DNA of 60,610 bases from an uncultured Erysipelotrichaceae bacterium (GTDB taxonomy: Bacteria > Bacillota_I > Bacilli_A > RF39 > UBA660). Numbering within the stretch: position 1 is the stretch's first letter; each line of letters begins with the position of its first letter. The DNA lies in assembly GCA_902801685.1 (NCBI GenBank), contig CADCIZ010000001.1, positions 1 through 60,610 of the forward strand. Direction: 5' to 3'. A program made the translations under genes and the position numbers. This document shows, in pieces, positions 16,460 to 25,308 of the stretch. The notes beneath the pieces are model-generated. The model was not told the origin of the DNA and did not search any database. It worked only from the letters and a program-made list of their open reading frames with translations.

Positions 16460-18213
16460 TATAGTTCCTCCTCACTTAATTGCGATAAAGCAATCTCTTT
16501 GTATACACTACAATTTTTAAGTAATTCTTTATGAGTACCAATACCTACCACTTTACCTTCATCTAGTACTACTATTTTATCTGCATATATAACAGTACCT
16601 ATTCTTTGCGCAACTATTAAAGTAGTTGCATCTTTAGTATGTTTCTTTAACTCTTTACGTAAAGTAGCATCTGTCTTATAATCTAAGGCACTAAACGAAT
16701 CATCAAAGATATATATTTCCGGTTTTCTAGCAATAGCTCTAGCAATCGCAAGCCTTTGTTTTTGTCCACCAGATATATTAGTTCCACCTTGAGCAATACT
16801 ACTATCATATTTATTATCCATCTGTGTTACAAATTCTTCTGCTTGCGCAATATTAACGGCTTCTTTTATTTCTTTATTAGTTATTTTTTTCATGCTTTTA
16901 CCATAAGAAACATTACTATTTACTGTTCCTGTAAACATTACTGCTTTTTGTGGTACATAACCTATTTTATTATATAAGTTTTCTAATTTATAATCTTTTA
17001 CATTAATCCCATCTACTAATACTTCACCGCTAGTTGCATCATAAAATCTTGGTATTAAGTTAATTAGAGTTGATTTACCAGAGCCAGTAGAACCAATGAA
17101 AGCAACAGTTTCACCTTTATTAGCAGTAAATGTAACATCTTTTAACATATAACTTTCTGCATCAGGATACTTAAATGATACATTTTTAAACTCTACTGTT
17201 CCTATCATACCTTTTTTACCAGCAGTCTTAGTTCCATCATTAATAGATGATTTACTTTTTAATACTTCTAGTATTCTTTTTGCCGATACTGCACTTCTAG
17301 GATATAGAACAAATATTACAACTAATAACATGAAAGCAACAATTACTTGCATAGCATATGAAGTAAATACTACCATGTTACTAAAGATATTTATTTTATC
17401 CATAAAATTCGCACCATTAATTAAGTATGCTCCTATTATATAGATAGCAAGAGTAAGTCCATTACTACAAAGCGATAATACAGGCATCATTAAACTCATC
17501 ATGCGCTGTGTGAACATATGAGTATTAGTTAACTCTTCATTCGCATTCTTAAACTTATGTTCTTGATACTCCTCCGCATTGTAAGCTCTAACTACTCTAA
17601 TACCTTTTAAATTTTCTCTTGTTACTCTATTTAAATTATCAGTAAGTGTTTGGATTTTCTTAAACCTAGGTAATACTATTTTTATTATTATAGATATTAA
17701 TAATAGAATTATTAAAACCGTAATTATCGTTGCTAGACTCCACTCAAAACCTTTACCTGCAATCTTTATAATTGCCCATGTAGCCATAATAGGTGCTTTT
17801 ACAATTATTTGTAATCCTATAGCTATTATCATTTGTACTTGAGTAACATCATTAGTAGTACGAGTAATTAAACTACTAGTTGAAAACTTCTTAATTTCTT
17901 CCATACCAAAAGATTCTACTTTAGTAAATATATCACGTCTTAAGTTCTTACCAAAAGATGCAGCTACATAAGAAGCAAAATACCCTGTAATAAAAGCAGA
18001 TATTAAACTACCAAATGCACACGCCATCATCTTCGCACCTTCAATAAGTACATCACTCATTTTACTACCTTCTGTTTGAACAAGTCTAGTAATACTAGTC
18101 ATATAATCAGGTAGTTTTAAATCAAGCCATACTTGTACAGTAATAAATATAACACATATAAACACAAATATAACTTGTTTTCTATTCATCTTCTTAAGTA
18201 AACTAAACAACAT
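16459..18213 (-). CDS. ABC transporter ATP-binding/permease protein (heterodimeric exporter, subunit A)
   Basis: GSTGSGKST, ISGGQKQRLAIARA and IYIFDDSFSALD. Start at ATG 18213 behind AAGGAG; the track ORF starts upstream, inside the promoter. Confidence 0.9.
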   Translation of the reverse strand: MLFSLLKKMNRKQVIFVFICVIFITVQVWLDLKLPDYMTSITRLVQTEGSKMSDVLIEGAKMMACAFGSLISAFITGYFASYVAASFGKNLRRDIFTKVESFGMEEIKKFSTSSLITRTTNDVTQVQMIIAIGLQIIVKAPIMATWAIIKIAGKGFEWSLATIITVLIILLLISIIIKIVLPRFKKIQTLTDNLNRVTRENLKGIRVVRAYNAEEYQEHKFKNANEELTNTHMFTQRMMSLMMPVLSLCSNGLTLAIYIIGAYLINGANFMDKINIFSNMVVFTSYAMQVIVAFMLLVVIFVLYPRSAVSAKRILEVLKSKSSINDGTKTAGKKGMIGTVEFKNVSFKYPDAESYMLKDVTFTANKGETVAFIGSTGSGKSTLINLIPRFYDATSGEVLVDGINVKDYKLENLYNKIGYVPQKAVMFTGTVNSNVSYGKSMKKITNKEIKEAVNIAQAEEFVTQMDNKYDSSIAQGGTNISGGQKQRLAIARAIARKPEIYIFDDSFSALDYKTDATLRKELKKHTKDATTLIVAQRIGTVIYADKIVVLDEGKVVGIGTHKELLKNCSVYKEIALSQLSEEEL

Positions 18214-18236
18214 AATCAACTCCTTTATCGATATAA

Positions 18237-18265
18237 ATTTTAGCAGAACCATTAGTTATTGTCAA
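18237..18265 (-). promoter_or_regulatory. SigA-type promoter of the ABC operon
   Basis: Minus strand TTGACA (18260-18265), 17 nt, TAAAAT (18237-18242). Confidence 0.6.
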
Positions 18266-18302
18266 CCAAGTATATTATATGTAAAAAGCCTAACTTGTTT
18301 CC

Positions 18303-18329
18303 AAAAGAAAAACTAGTTAGTACTAGTTT
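18303..18329 (-). terminator. Terminator after the pilin-like paralog
   Basis: AAACTAGT-4 nt-ACTAGTTT, then TTCTTTT on the minus strand. Confidence 0.6.
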
Positions 18330-18353
18330 CAAGCATTCAATTAATTATATTTG

Positions 18354-19256
18354 TTAATTAAGTTTAGTTATATCTGCAGATTTGTTTAATTCTAAGACAG
18401 GACGAACAAAATTATATCCGGATATATAGTCCTCCATAATTATACCACTATCAGTAGAAACTCTTACACTCCACAAATGAGAAGAATTATCCCCAAATTG
18501 ACTCATTGTCCAATAATCATTTTCACAATTATATATCCAATTTGGCGTTGTTCCATTTGTTGACGGATTTATAGTTCCAATTCGATTTTCATAACCCAAA
18601 TTTGTTACCAATTCATCATGAGTAATCAACCTTGCAGTTGCACTATCACCTGATCTAACGGCATTAGTTTTCCAAGTATCTACCAATTGTTTTATTGTTG
18701 ATTGTTCATAAGCAGTTGAATTTCCATATTGAGTATACCCAAAATTATCATCTTCAGATATTCCCATTTCTTTGAATGTTAATAAATTTTCTTTTAATAG
18801 TTTTACTGTATCCTTTGTAGTATCACTATCTTCTATTACATAATATGTAACACCATTATATGATACTTTATCACCTATAGAATACGCAGTGTATGATGGT
18901 GCTTCATATTTTCCATATGAATAATCTACTGTTCTACCTGCAACTGTACAGCCAGTTAAATATACTGATGAATCACTATTTAATTGTGTAGTTGAACATA
19001 CAACTTCATTTCCACTATACTCAATAGCTAGTTGATCAACTGAAGTTGGGAATGTACCTGTATCTAGTAGATATCCAGCAATTGCTAGTTCAATGCTTCT
19101 TCCATATGCATCAATGCTTCTCTTATCTGCAGAAATTCTAGCTTTTCTAATTATGTTCATAACTAATGGAGTTACAATAAGTGCAAGCATAGCCATAATT
19201 ACTAATACTGCTATTAATTCGAGTAATGTGAATCCTTTCTTTCTTAACTTTGCCAT
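18354..19256 (-). CDS. Type IV pilin/pseudopilin-like protein, non-diversified paralog of the DGR target
   Basis: KKG|FTLLELIAVLVIMAMLALIV. The first ~95 aa are nearly identical to 11680-12693. The C-terminus DYWTMSQ..LWSVRV...NFVRPVLEL has the same architecture but no DNA match to the TR. Confidence 0.8.
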   Translation of the reverse strand: MAKLRKKGFTLLELIAVLVIMAMLALIVTPLVMNIIRKARISADKRSIDAYGRSIELAIAGYLLDTGTFPTSVDQLAIEYSGNEVVCSTTQLNSDSSVYLTGCTVAGRTVDYSYGKYEAPSYTAYSIGDKVSYNGVTYYVIEDSDTTKDTVKLLKENLLTFKEMGISEDDNFGYTQYGNSTAYEQSTIKQLVDTWKTNAVRSGDSATARLITHDELVTNLGYENRIGTINPSTNGTTPNWIYNCENDYWTMSQFGDNSSHLWSVRVSTDSGIIMEDYISGYNFVRPVLELNKSADITKLN

Positions 19257-19465
19257 ATATATAATCTCTCCTATCTAATAAGGTATATCTCTTACATTAC
19301 TTTATGACTGTATTATACTATATATATATAGCAAGACCTTTTTTAAAAAAATTAATAAAATATGTAAAGTTTTGCAAGTGTATTTGCAAAACTTTCTATT
19401 TTGACATTTTTTGCAAACACAAAGTATTATTGTTCTTAAGCAAAATAAAAAGAGTACTATACTCT

Positions 19466-20656
19466 CTATATTTCATCTAAAGAATCTATTTTTAAGAAAT
19501 CCTTTAATTTGATATGTGTTACTGTAGATGTTGAATAATCTATTTCATCATTAGTTATTAATATCTTTTTATAAGTATTATCTAATTTAGAAAATGGTCT
19601 AAATTCTCTATTGTATGCTTTATCGTCTTCTACACTATATGCAACTTGTATATAGTAATTTTTCCCATCTTTATTTGCAATAAAATCTATTTCATTATTA
19701 TTTATATAATATACGTTTAAATTATACCCTCTATAAATTAATTCATTATATACTATATTTTCTAAATTATGAGTAAGATCATAACGATTATCCATACATC
19801 TTAATGAATTAAAAGCAACATCTGCATTATATATTTTAAAATAATACTTTAATTCTGATTTAGTCTTTGTAGAATATGGTTTAATTTTTTCTATTATATA
19901 TGCATCTTCTAAGTAACTTAAATATTTTATAATTGTATTAATTGAACAAGCCTCAAAATTATTATTTATATATTCAGTTATAGATTTTGATGATATAATT
20001 CTACTATTAGATCTTAATACAAAATTAACAATACTTTTAAACAATTCAGGCTTTCTTATATTATATCTATTTATTAAATCATTAATAACTATAGTATCTT
20101 CTAAATCGCTTAAATAACTATTTCTTGCCTCTTCTGTATTAAATTCAAATCTTTTAGGAAATCCTCCCCAAATAAGATAATCAATTATAGAACATTCACG
20201 ATTTAATTCATTACAGTATTCTAAAATTTCTTTATAAATAAATGGTCTAATTCTAAAAGATACATATCTACCACTTAGTTCTTTAGTAAACTCCTTAGAT
20301 AATAATTTAGAATTTGAACCAGTAATAAATACTGATATGTCTTTTAATCTAAGTGTTTTACATGCTAAAGCCCAATTAGTTACTTCCTGTACTTCATCTA
20401 AAAATATGTAACACTTACCATCTTTTTTATTACTTTCTACGTAATCTATTAATTTATCAGCATCATTTATATTATTAATAGTTTTCTTATCCTCAAAATT
20501 AAGATAAATTACATTCTTACTCTTCTTTTTAATTTCAGTAATGACTTGATTTAATATAACAGATTTACCACATCTTCTTATACCAGTAATTATTTTAATT
20601 AAATCTGAATCATAAAACTCTCTAATTTTTTTTATATAATGTTCTCTTGTAATCAT
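19466..20656 (-). CDS. AAA+ ATPase (AAA_14 / DUF4143-type ATP-binding protein)
   Basis: IITGIRRCGKSVIL (P-loop) and IFLDEVQEV (Walker B). The length and C-terminal region fit the DUF4143 family common in gut Firmicutes. Confidence 0.7.
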   Translation of the reverse strand: MITREHYIKKIREFYDSDLIKIITGIRRCGKSVILNQVITEIKKKSKNVIYLNFEDKKTINNINDADKLIDYVESNKKDGKCYIFLDEVQEVTNWALACKTLRLKDISVFITGSNSKLLSKEFTKELSGRYVSFRIRPFIYKEILEYCNELNRECSIIDYLIWGGFPKRFEFNTEEARNSYLSDLEDTIVINDLINRYNIRKPELFKSIVNFVLRSNSRIISSKSITEYINNNFEACSINTIIKYLSYLEDAYIIEKIKPYSTKTKSELKYYFKIYNADVAFNSLRCMDNRYDLTHNLENIVYNELIYRGYNLNVYYINNNEIDFIANKDGKNYYIQVAYSVEDDKAYNREFRPFSKLDNTYKKILITNDEIDYSTSTVTHIKLKDFLKIDSLDEI

Positions 20657-20677
20657 AATATCATTCCTCTCAATATA

Positions 20678-20735
20678 ATTATACTGAAAGATTTTTCTTT
20701 TGTCAATAAAATCTTTCAGTATACTGAAAGATTTT
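20678..20735 (-). promoter_or_regulatory. Consensus promoter with a 28-bp perfect palindrome operator and a third half-site
   Basis: Minus strand TTGACA (20701-20706), 17 nt, TATAAT (20678-20683). The palindrome AAAATCTTTCAGTA|TACTGAAAGATTTT lies at 20708-20735. An extra half-site TACTGAAAGATTTT at 20682-20695 sits in the spacer/-10 region. Confidence 0.7.
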
Positions 20736-20821
20736 TGGTTTAGTTATATATTTAAAATCTCACAATAAATAAAATAATTAACAAACAATATAATTAATTT
20801 AGTGGATGAGCCTTTAATCAC

Positions 20822-20843
20822 AAAAAAATAGCAATCGCTATTT
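20822..20843 (-). terminator. Terminator after ackA (overlaps the stop codon)
   Basis: AAATAGC-4 nt-GCTATTT followed by a T run on the minus strand. Confidence 0.7.
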
Positions 20844-22017
20844 ATTTTACTAATTCATATGTATCACGTGATATCATTACTTCTTCATCTGTTGGAACTA
20901 CAAAGCATTCTACTTTTGAATCACTAGATGATATTTTTACAAACTTACCACGAGAATTATTTGCATCCTCATCTACTTTTACCCCAAGTGATGAAAGTGA
21001 TTCCATAATCTCTTTTCTAGTACTTGGTGAATTTTCTCCAATACCTGCAGTAAAGCATATTGCATCCGCACCATTTAATAATACATAGTATTTTGCAATA
21101 TAGTTTACTACACTTCTTACAAACATCTTTTGAGCAAGTATACATTTTTCATTACCTTCTTTTATACCATCTTCAATATCTCTTGAATCTGATATACCAC
21201 CAGTAATACCTTTAAATCCACTTTCTTTATTAATTAATTTATCTATATCATCTGCACTATATCCTAGCTTTTTTATTAAATATGGAATAATAGATGCATC
21301 CATATCTCCAGTACGTGTTCCCATAATAACACCAGCATTTGGAGTAAATCCCATAGATGTATCAACTACTTTACCATCACTTACTGCAGTTATACTACAT
21401 CCACTACCTATATGACATACTATTAGTTTTTTATTCTCACCATAGTATTTTTCCATAGTCTTAGTAATATATTTATGACTTGTTCCATGCGCACCATATT
21501 TTCTAACACCATATTTTTCATATAATTCATATGGTAAGGCATATAGATATGTTTCACGAGCCATAGTTTGATGAAATGCAGTATCAAATACTACTACATG
21601 TTTAGCATTACTTACAATAGACATAAATGCATTAATACCTACTAGTGCAGCTGGATTATGAAGTGGAGCAAGGCTTGATAATTCATCTATTGTTTTAATT
21701 ACTTCATCAGTAACTAGTACACTCTTATCGAATTTATCCGCACCTTGTACTACTCTATGTCCAATTCCTTTAATCTCATCTAAACTTTCTACTATGTTAT
21801 TATCTAATAATTCTTGTACTAAAATCTTAACTGCTTCAGCATGATTTTTAAGTTCAGCTTCCTTCTTAGTCTTTTCTCCATTTAACTTATAACTATAGAA
21901 ACTATTTTCAATTCCTATACGTTCAAAATTACCTGAAATTAATACTTTTTCTTCTGGCATTTCATACATTTGAAACTTTAATGATGAACTACCACAATTA
22001 ACTGCTAATATTTTCAT
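20842..22017 (-). CDS. ackA: Acetate kinase
   Basis: MKILAVNCGSSSLKFQ..., HRVVQGG-like HRVVQGAD, and GIGENS. Start at the second ATG, 7 nt after AGGAGG. Confidence 0.95.
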   Translation of the reverse strand: MKILAVNCGSSSLKFQMYEMPEEKVLISGNFERIGIENSFYSYKLNGEKTKKEAELKNHAEAVKILVQELLDNNIVESLDEIKGIGHRVVQGADKFDKSVLVTDEVIKTIDELSSLAPLHNPAALVGINAFMSIVSNAKHVVVFDTAFHQTMARETYLYALPYELYEKYGVRKYGAHGTSHKYITKTMEKYYGENKKLIVCHIGSGCSITAVSDGKVVDTSMGFTPNAGVIMGTRTGDMDASIIPYLIKKLGYSADDIDKLINKESGFKGITGGISDSRDIEDGIKEGNEKCILAQKMFVRSVVNYIAKYYVLLNGADAICFTAGIGENSPSTRKEIMESLSSLGVKVDEDANNSRGKFVKISSSDSKVECFVVPTDEEVMISRDTYELVK

Positions 22018-22028
22018 TTTCATTCCTC

Positions 22029-22562
22029 CTATATTTCATATTCTATTAATCTTAAATTAGGTATCTCTAACCTGCTCATATCTCCATCTTCTGGTAATTG
22101 ATGTAAGCAGTAGTGAATCGCACGAAGTATCGCGCTATGGGCAACTACTAGGACATTTTTATCTTTATATTTAACTTTAATATCTTCTAAAAATTCAGAT
22201 ACACGTGCAAGTAAATCTTGAACTTTTTCAATACCATTATCATCTGTGTTTAAAAAGAAATTCCAACACTTTACTGTATCTACTTCTTCAATATGAGCTC
22301 CTTCGCACATTCCCCAATCACGTTCGATTAATCTATCATCTGTATTGATTGGTAATCTTCCTTCAGTTATGATATGTGCAGTATCATATGCCCTTTTTAA
22401 AGGAGATGATATAACTACATCAATATCAATATCTTTAACAATACTTGCAAGTTTTTCTGCTTCTTCAATACCATTATTAGACAGGTCACATTCAGTTTGT
22501 CCTTGTATTAAGCCTAATTCATTTTTTAAAGTCGCACCATGACGAGTTACATATAAAACCAT
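22029..22562 (-). CDS. Histidine phosphatase superfamily protein (phosphoglycerate-mutase-like)
   Basis: The N-terminus LYVTRHGAT carries the RHG catalytic motif. SSPLKRA and VVAHSAILRA (the second His) are also present. Confidence 0.85.
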   Translation of the reverse strand: MVLYVTRHGATLKNELGLIQGQTECDLSNNGIEEAEKLASIVKDIDIDVVISSPLKRAYDTAHIITEGRLPINTDDRLIERDWGMCEGAHIEEVDTVKCWNFFLNTDDNGIEKVQDLLARVSEFLEDIKVKYKDKNVLVVAHSAILRAIHYCLHQLPEDGDMSRLEIPNLRLIEYEI

Positions 22563-22574
22563 TAAATCACCTTT

Positions 22575-23426
22575 TTATATCTTTTTAAACACTCTTTTTA
22601 ATATGTTATATCTGTAATTAATTATCTTTTTGTAAAACTCTCTTCTTTCTTTACTCATACCATCTATACTATCTATAAAATCATTAATCTTATCGATATC
22701 AATATTAGGAAACACCCTTTTTAAAGCTTTATTAATATTTTCATCACTAGTAGATTCAATATAACTCATATAATTTATTTTTTTATCATCTATTTTTAAT
22801 ACTGAATAACAATTGATAGCGAGATTCTTAATATCGCTTTCTGTTAATTTTTCTATCTCTTCATCTGTTAACATAGGATTTAAACATGAACCACAATCAT
22901 AAATAGGAGAAAACTTAATATCACCATCATTACTTGCAATAAATCCCCAGTTACCATTATGTCTATCAGTATTACCTATTAATGCATCAATAATAAACAT
23001 ATCAAAGAATCTATTCTTAGTATCAATACTATCAATCATATCAGATTCATCCATTACCTTCAGAATATCAGATAAATTAGTTCCAGTCTTCTTTTCTGTA
23101 CTAGTTGAAAGAGCAATAAACCCAAACTCTATAAGTTTATCGCTATTTTTAGTAAAATCTTCGCACGCACAAACTAGTTTTTCTTTACCATTTTTTTTAT
23201 ATAACCCTAATATTGTTTTTTGTGTTTCAAAGCCACACATTTCAAAAATATGACTACCAACATATTCTGAAAAAGCATTATTAATATAAGAAATACTTCT
23301 ATTCTTTTCTCTAATCGGATCAGGAAATTTAACTAAATAATTCTTATTATCGTATATTAATCTTTTTTTTACTTCTGAACCAGAATAAATATTTAATAAT
23401 TCCTTACAATTAGTAAAATCAATCAT
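22575..23426 (-). CDS. HipA-like Ser/Thr kinase domain protein (no HipA N-domain)
   Basis: YSGSEVKK is a P-loop-like analogue of the HipA GxQxK loop. [13 protein letters not shown] is the DxHxxN catalytic loop. SPIYDCGS is an Mg-binding Asp motif like HipA P.YD. The start ATG overlaps the lysS TGA (ATGA at 23423-23426). Confidence 0.6.
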   Translation of the reverse strand: MIDFTNCKELLNIYSGSEVKKRLIYDNKNYLVKFPDPIREKNRSISYINNAFSEYVGSHIFEMCGFETQKTILGLYKKNGKEKLVCACEDFTKNSDKLIEFGFIALSTSTEKKTGTNLSDILKVMDESDMIDSIDTKNRFFDMFIIDALIGNTDRHNGNWGFIASNDGDIKFSPIYDCGSCLNPMLTDEEIEKLTESDIKNLAINCYSVLKIDDKKINYMSYIESTSDENINKALKRVFPNIDIDKINDFIDSIDGMSKERREFYKKIINYRYNILKRVFKKI

Positions 23427-24904
23427 TTTCTCTCCTTCATTGTTGGGAATAAGATTACATCACGAATAGAATCAGATTCAGTAAACAACATACACAATCT
23501 ATCTATTCCATAACCAATTCCACCAGCAGGCGGCATACCATATTCTAAAGCTTCAATGAAATCATAATCAATATCATTAGCCTCATCATTACCTAAATTT
23601 CTTTCTTTTAATTGGTCTTCAAATCTTTCTAATTGATCAATTGGATCATTTAATTCTGTATATGCATTTGCAAATTCTTTACCACCAATAAATAGTTCAA
23701 ATCTATCTACAAATCTTGGATCTTGTTTATTTTTCTTAGTAAGTGGTGAAATTTCTACTGGATGTCCATATAAGAATGTTGGTTCAATTAGTGTTTCTTC
23801 AACATATTTTTCAAAGAAAGCATTAATAATATGACCTACACTAAAGTGATCTTCAACCTCAATGTTATGTTTACTTGCAAGTTCTTTTGCTTCATCTAAA
23901 GTCATTTCTGCTTTAAAGTCTATTCCCGTTTTTTCTTTTATAGCCTCTACCATACTAACTCTTTTAAATGGTTTACCTAAATCTATTTCATTACCACACC
24001 AATTATAAATAGTTTTTCCTACTACATTTTCAGCAATACTTTTATACATACCTTCAGTAAGATCCATCATACCTTCCAAATCTGAGTATGCAAGGTATGC
24101 TTCCATTAATGTAAATTCTGGATTATGTTTTGGGTCCATACCTTCATTTCTAAATACACGACCTATTTCATATACTGCTTCCATTCCTCCAACAAGTAAT
24201 CTTTTTAACGGAAGTTCTAAAGCAATACGAAGATACATATCAAGGTCTTGTGTATTATGATGAGTAACAAATGGACGAGCAGATGCACCTGTAAGTAAAG
24301 TAGTTAATACTGGAGTTTCAACCTCTGTAAATCCTTTTCCATCCATATAATTTTGAATACATCTAATAATCTTAGGGCGCATAAATGCAACCTTCTTAGA
24401 TTCTTCATTCATAATAAGATCCACATAACGTCTTCTATATCTTTCTTCTATATCAGTTAGTCCATGGAATTTCTCTGGAAGTGGTCTTAATGCTTTAACT
24501 AAATGAGTATATTTTAAACATTTAATAGTAACCTCACCAGTTCTAGTTTTCATAATTTTACCATAAACTCCAACTATATCTCCTAAGTCTGCTGTCTTAA
24601 ATAGATTATAAGCTTCTTCTCCAATATCATTTATAGAAATATATACTTGCATTTTACCTGTTTTATCTTGTACTGAGAAAAATGATGCTTTACCCATCTT
24701 TCTTATAAACATAATTCTTCCAGCAATTGTAGCAGTATCATCCATAGATTCAAATGCATCATGTTCTATATCACTATATTTTTCTTTAATGTCAGCTGCA
24801 TAATCAGTTCTTTCAAACTTTTCACCAAAAGGATCAATTCCTAAACTTCTAATTTTTTCTGCTTTTTCTCTTCTTGCAATTTCTTGATCAGTTAATTCTC
24901 TCAT
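23423..24904 (-). CDS. lysS: Lysine--tRNA ligase, class II
   Basis: 493 aa. [27 protein letters not shown] (motif 2) and [14 protein letters not shown] (motif 3). Confidence 0.95.
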   Translation of the reverse strand: MRELTDQEIARREKAEKIRSLGIDPFGEKFERTDYAADIKEKYSDIEHDAFESMDDTATIAGRIMFIRKMGKASFFSVQDKTGKMQVYISINDIGEEAYNLFKTADLGDIVGVYGKIMKTRTGEVTIKCLKYTHLVKALRPLPEKFHGLTDIEERYRRRYVDLIMNEESKKVAFMRPKIIRCIQNYMDGKGFTEVETPVLTTLLTGASARPFVTHHNTQDLDMYLRIALELPLKRLLVGGMEAVYEIGRVFRNEGMDPKHNPEFTLMEAYLAYSDLEGMMDLTEGMYKSIAENVVGKTIYNWCGNEIDLGKPFKRVSMVEAIKEKTGIDFKAEMTLDEAKELASKHNIEVEDHFSVGHIINAFFEKYVEETLIEPTFLYGHPVEISPLTKKNKQDPRFVDRFELFIGGKEFANAYTELNDPIDQLERFEDQLKERNLGNDEANDIDYDFIEALEYGMPPAGGIGYGIDRLCMLFTESDSIRDVILFPTMKERK

Positions 24905-24929
24905 AAAGTCACTCCTTCTTCGCTAATTG

Positions 24930-24958
24930 ATTATATCATTATTTTTAAGTATTTGCAA
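24930..24958 (-). promoter_or_regulatory. SigA-type promoter of lysS
   Basis: TTGCAA (24953-24958), 17 nt, TATAAT (24930-24935), about 25 nt upstream of the AAGGAG RBS. Confidence 0.6.
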
Positions 24959-25010
24959 TTAATTCTAATGTGTGCTATCATGTATATAGATGAACAGAAG
25001 TTCATATAAT

Positions 25011-25050
25011 AAAAAAGGATACGTTTGAAGTGATGATCAGACGTCTCCTT
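25011..25050 (-). terminator. Rho-independent terminator (minus strand) ending the dusB / small-ORF transcript
   Basis: AAGGAGACGT-16 nt-ACGTATCCTT (one mismatch) followed by T6. Confidence 0.65.
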
Positions 25051-25062
25051 CTTAAAGGCTTG

Positions 25063-25099
25063 CATCTGAAATAGGCTTATTATATTTCAGATGTTTTTT
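25063..25099 (+). terminator. Plus-strand terminator-like hairpin with no plus-strand gene upstream (candidate antisense sRNA 3' end)
   Basis: CATCTGAAAT (25063-25072), 11 nt, ATTTCAGATG (25084-25093), then TTTTTT. It abuts the stop codon of the minus-strand small ORF. Confidence 0.5.
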
Positions 25100-25177
25100 C
25101 TACTTTAAAGAGTAGATTATTATAATGGTAAGTAAAACCAAGATAATAACAAAGTATGATATTTCTCTTTTAGTCAT
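25100..25177 (-). CDS. Small hydrophobic peptide ORF (25 aa; in-frame upstream ATGs at 25225 and 25246 would give 41 or 48 aa)
   Basis: MTKREISYFVIILVLLTIIIIYSLK, with a GGTGG Shine-Dalgarno just upstream. It is too short for the ORF track and was found by manual translation. Confidence 0.4.
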   Translation of the reverse strand: MTKREISYFVIILVLLTIIIIYSLK

Positions 25178-25273
25178 ACTACCACCAGCCTTTCTTAAAA
25201 CCAAAACCCACTTTTCATAAGCCATTTTCTTTAAGAAAGGAAACATCTGAAATTCAAACATATCCGAGAATTT

Positions 25274-25302
25274 ATTATAACAAACTTACACTAACGATAC
25301 AA
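25274..25302 (-). promoter_or_regulatory. Extended -10 promoter for the small-ORF transcript
   Basis: TTGTAT (25297-25302), 17 nt, TATAAT with upstream TG (TGTTATAAT, 25274-25282). Confidence 0.5.
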
Positions 25303-25308
25303 GTAAAA

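Noticed and set aside
18390-18480. Possible second VR at the 3' end of the pilin paralog 18354-19256
   Set aside because: Only about 15 nt (CAGGACGAACAAAATT) loosely resemble the TR 3' end. The rest does not align at the nucleotide level, and the length differs. The similarity to the target is protein-level paralogy, not a TR-templated repeat.
24905-25308. T-box or lysine (L-box) riboswitch leader in the long gap upstream of lysS
   Set aside because: I could not find the conserved T-box sequence (…GGGTGGTACCGCG-like) or an L-box core. The terminator at 25011-25050 lies upstream of a good TTGCAA-17-TATAAT lysS promoter, so it ends the preceding transcript rather than attenuating lysS.
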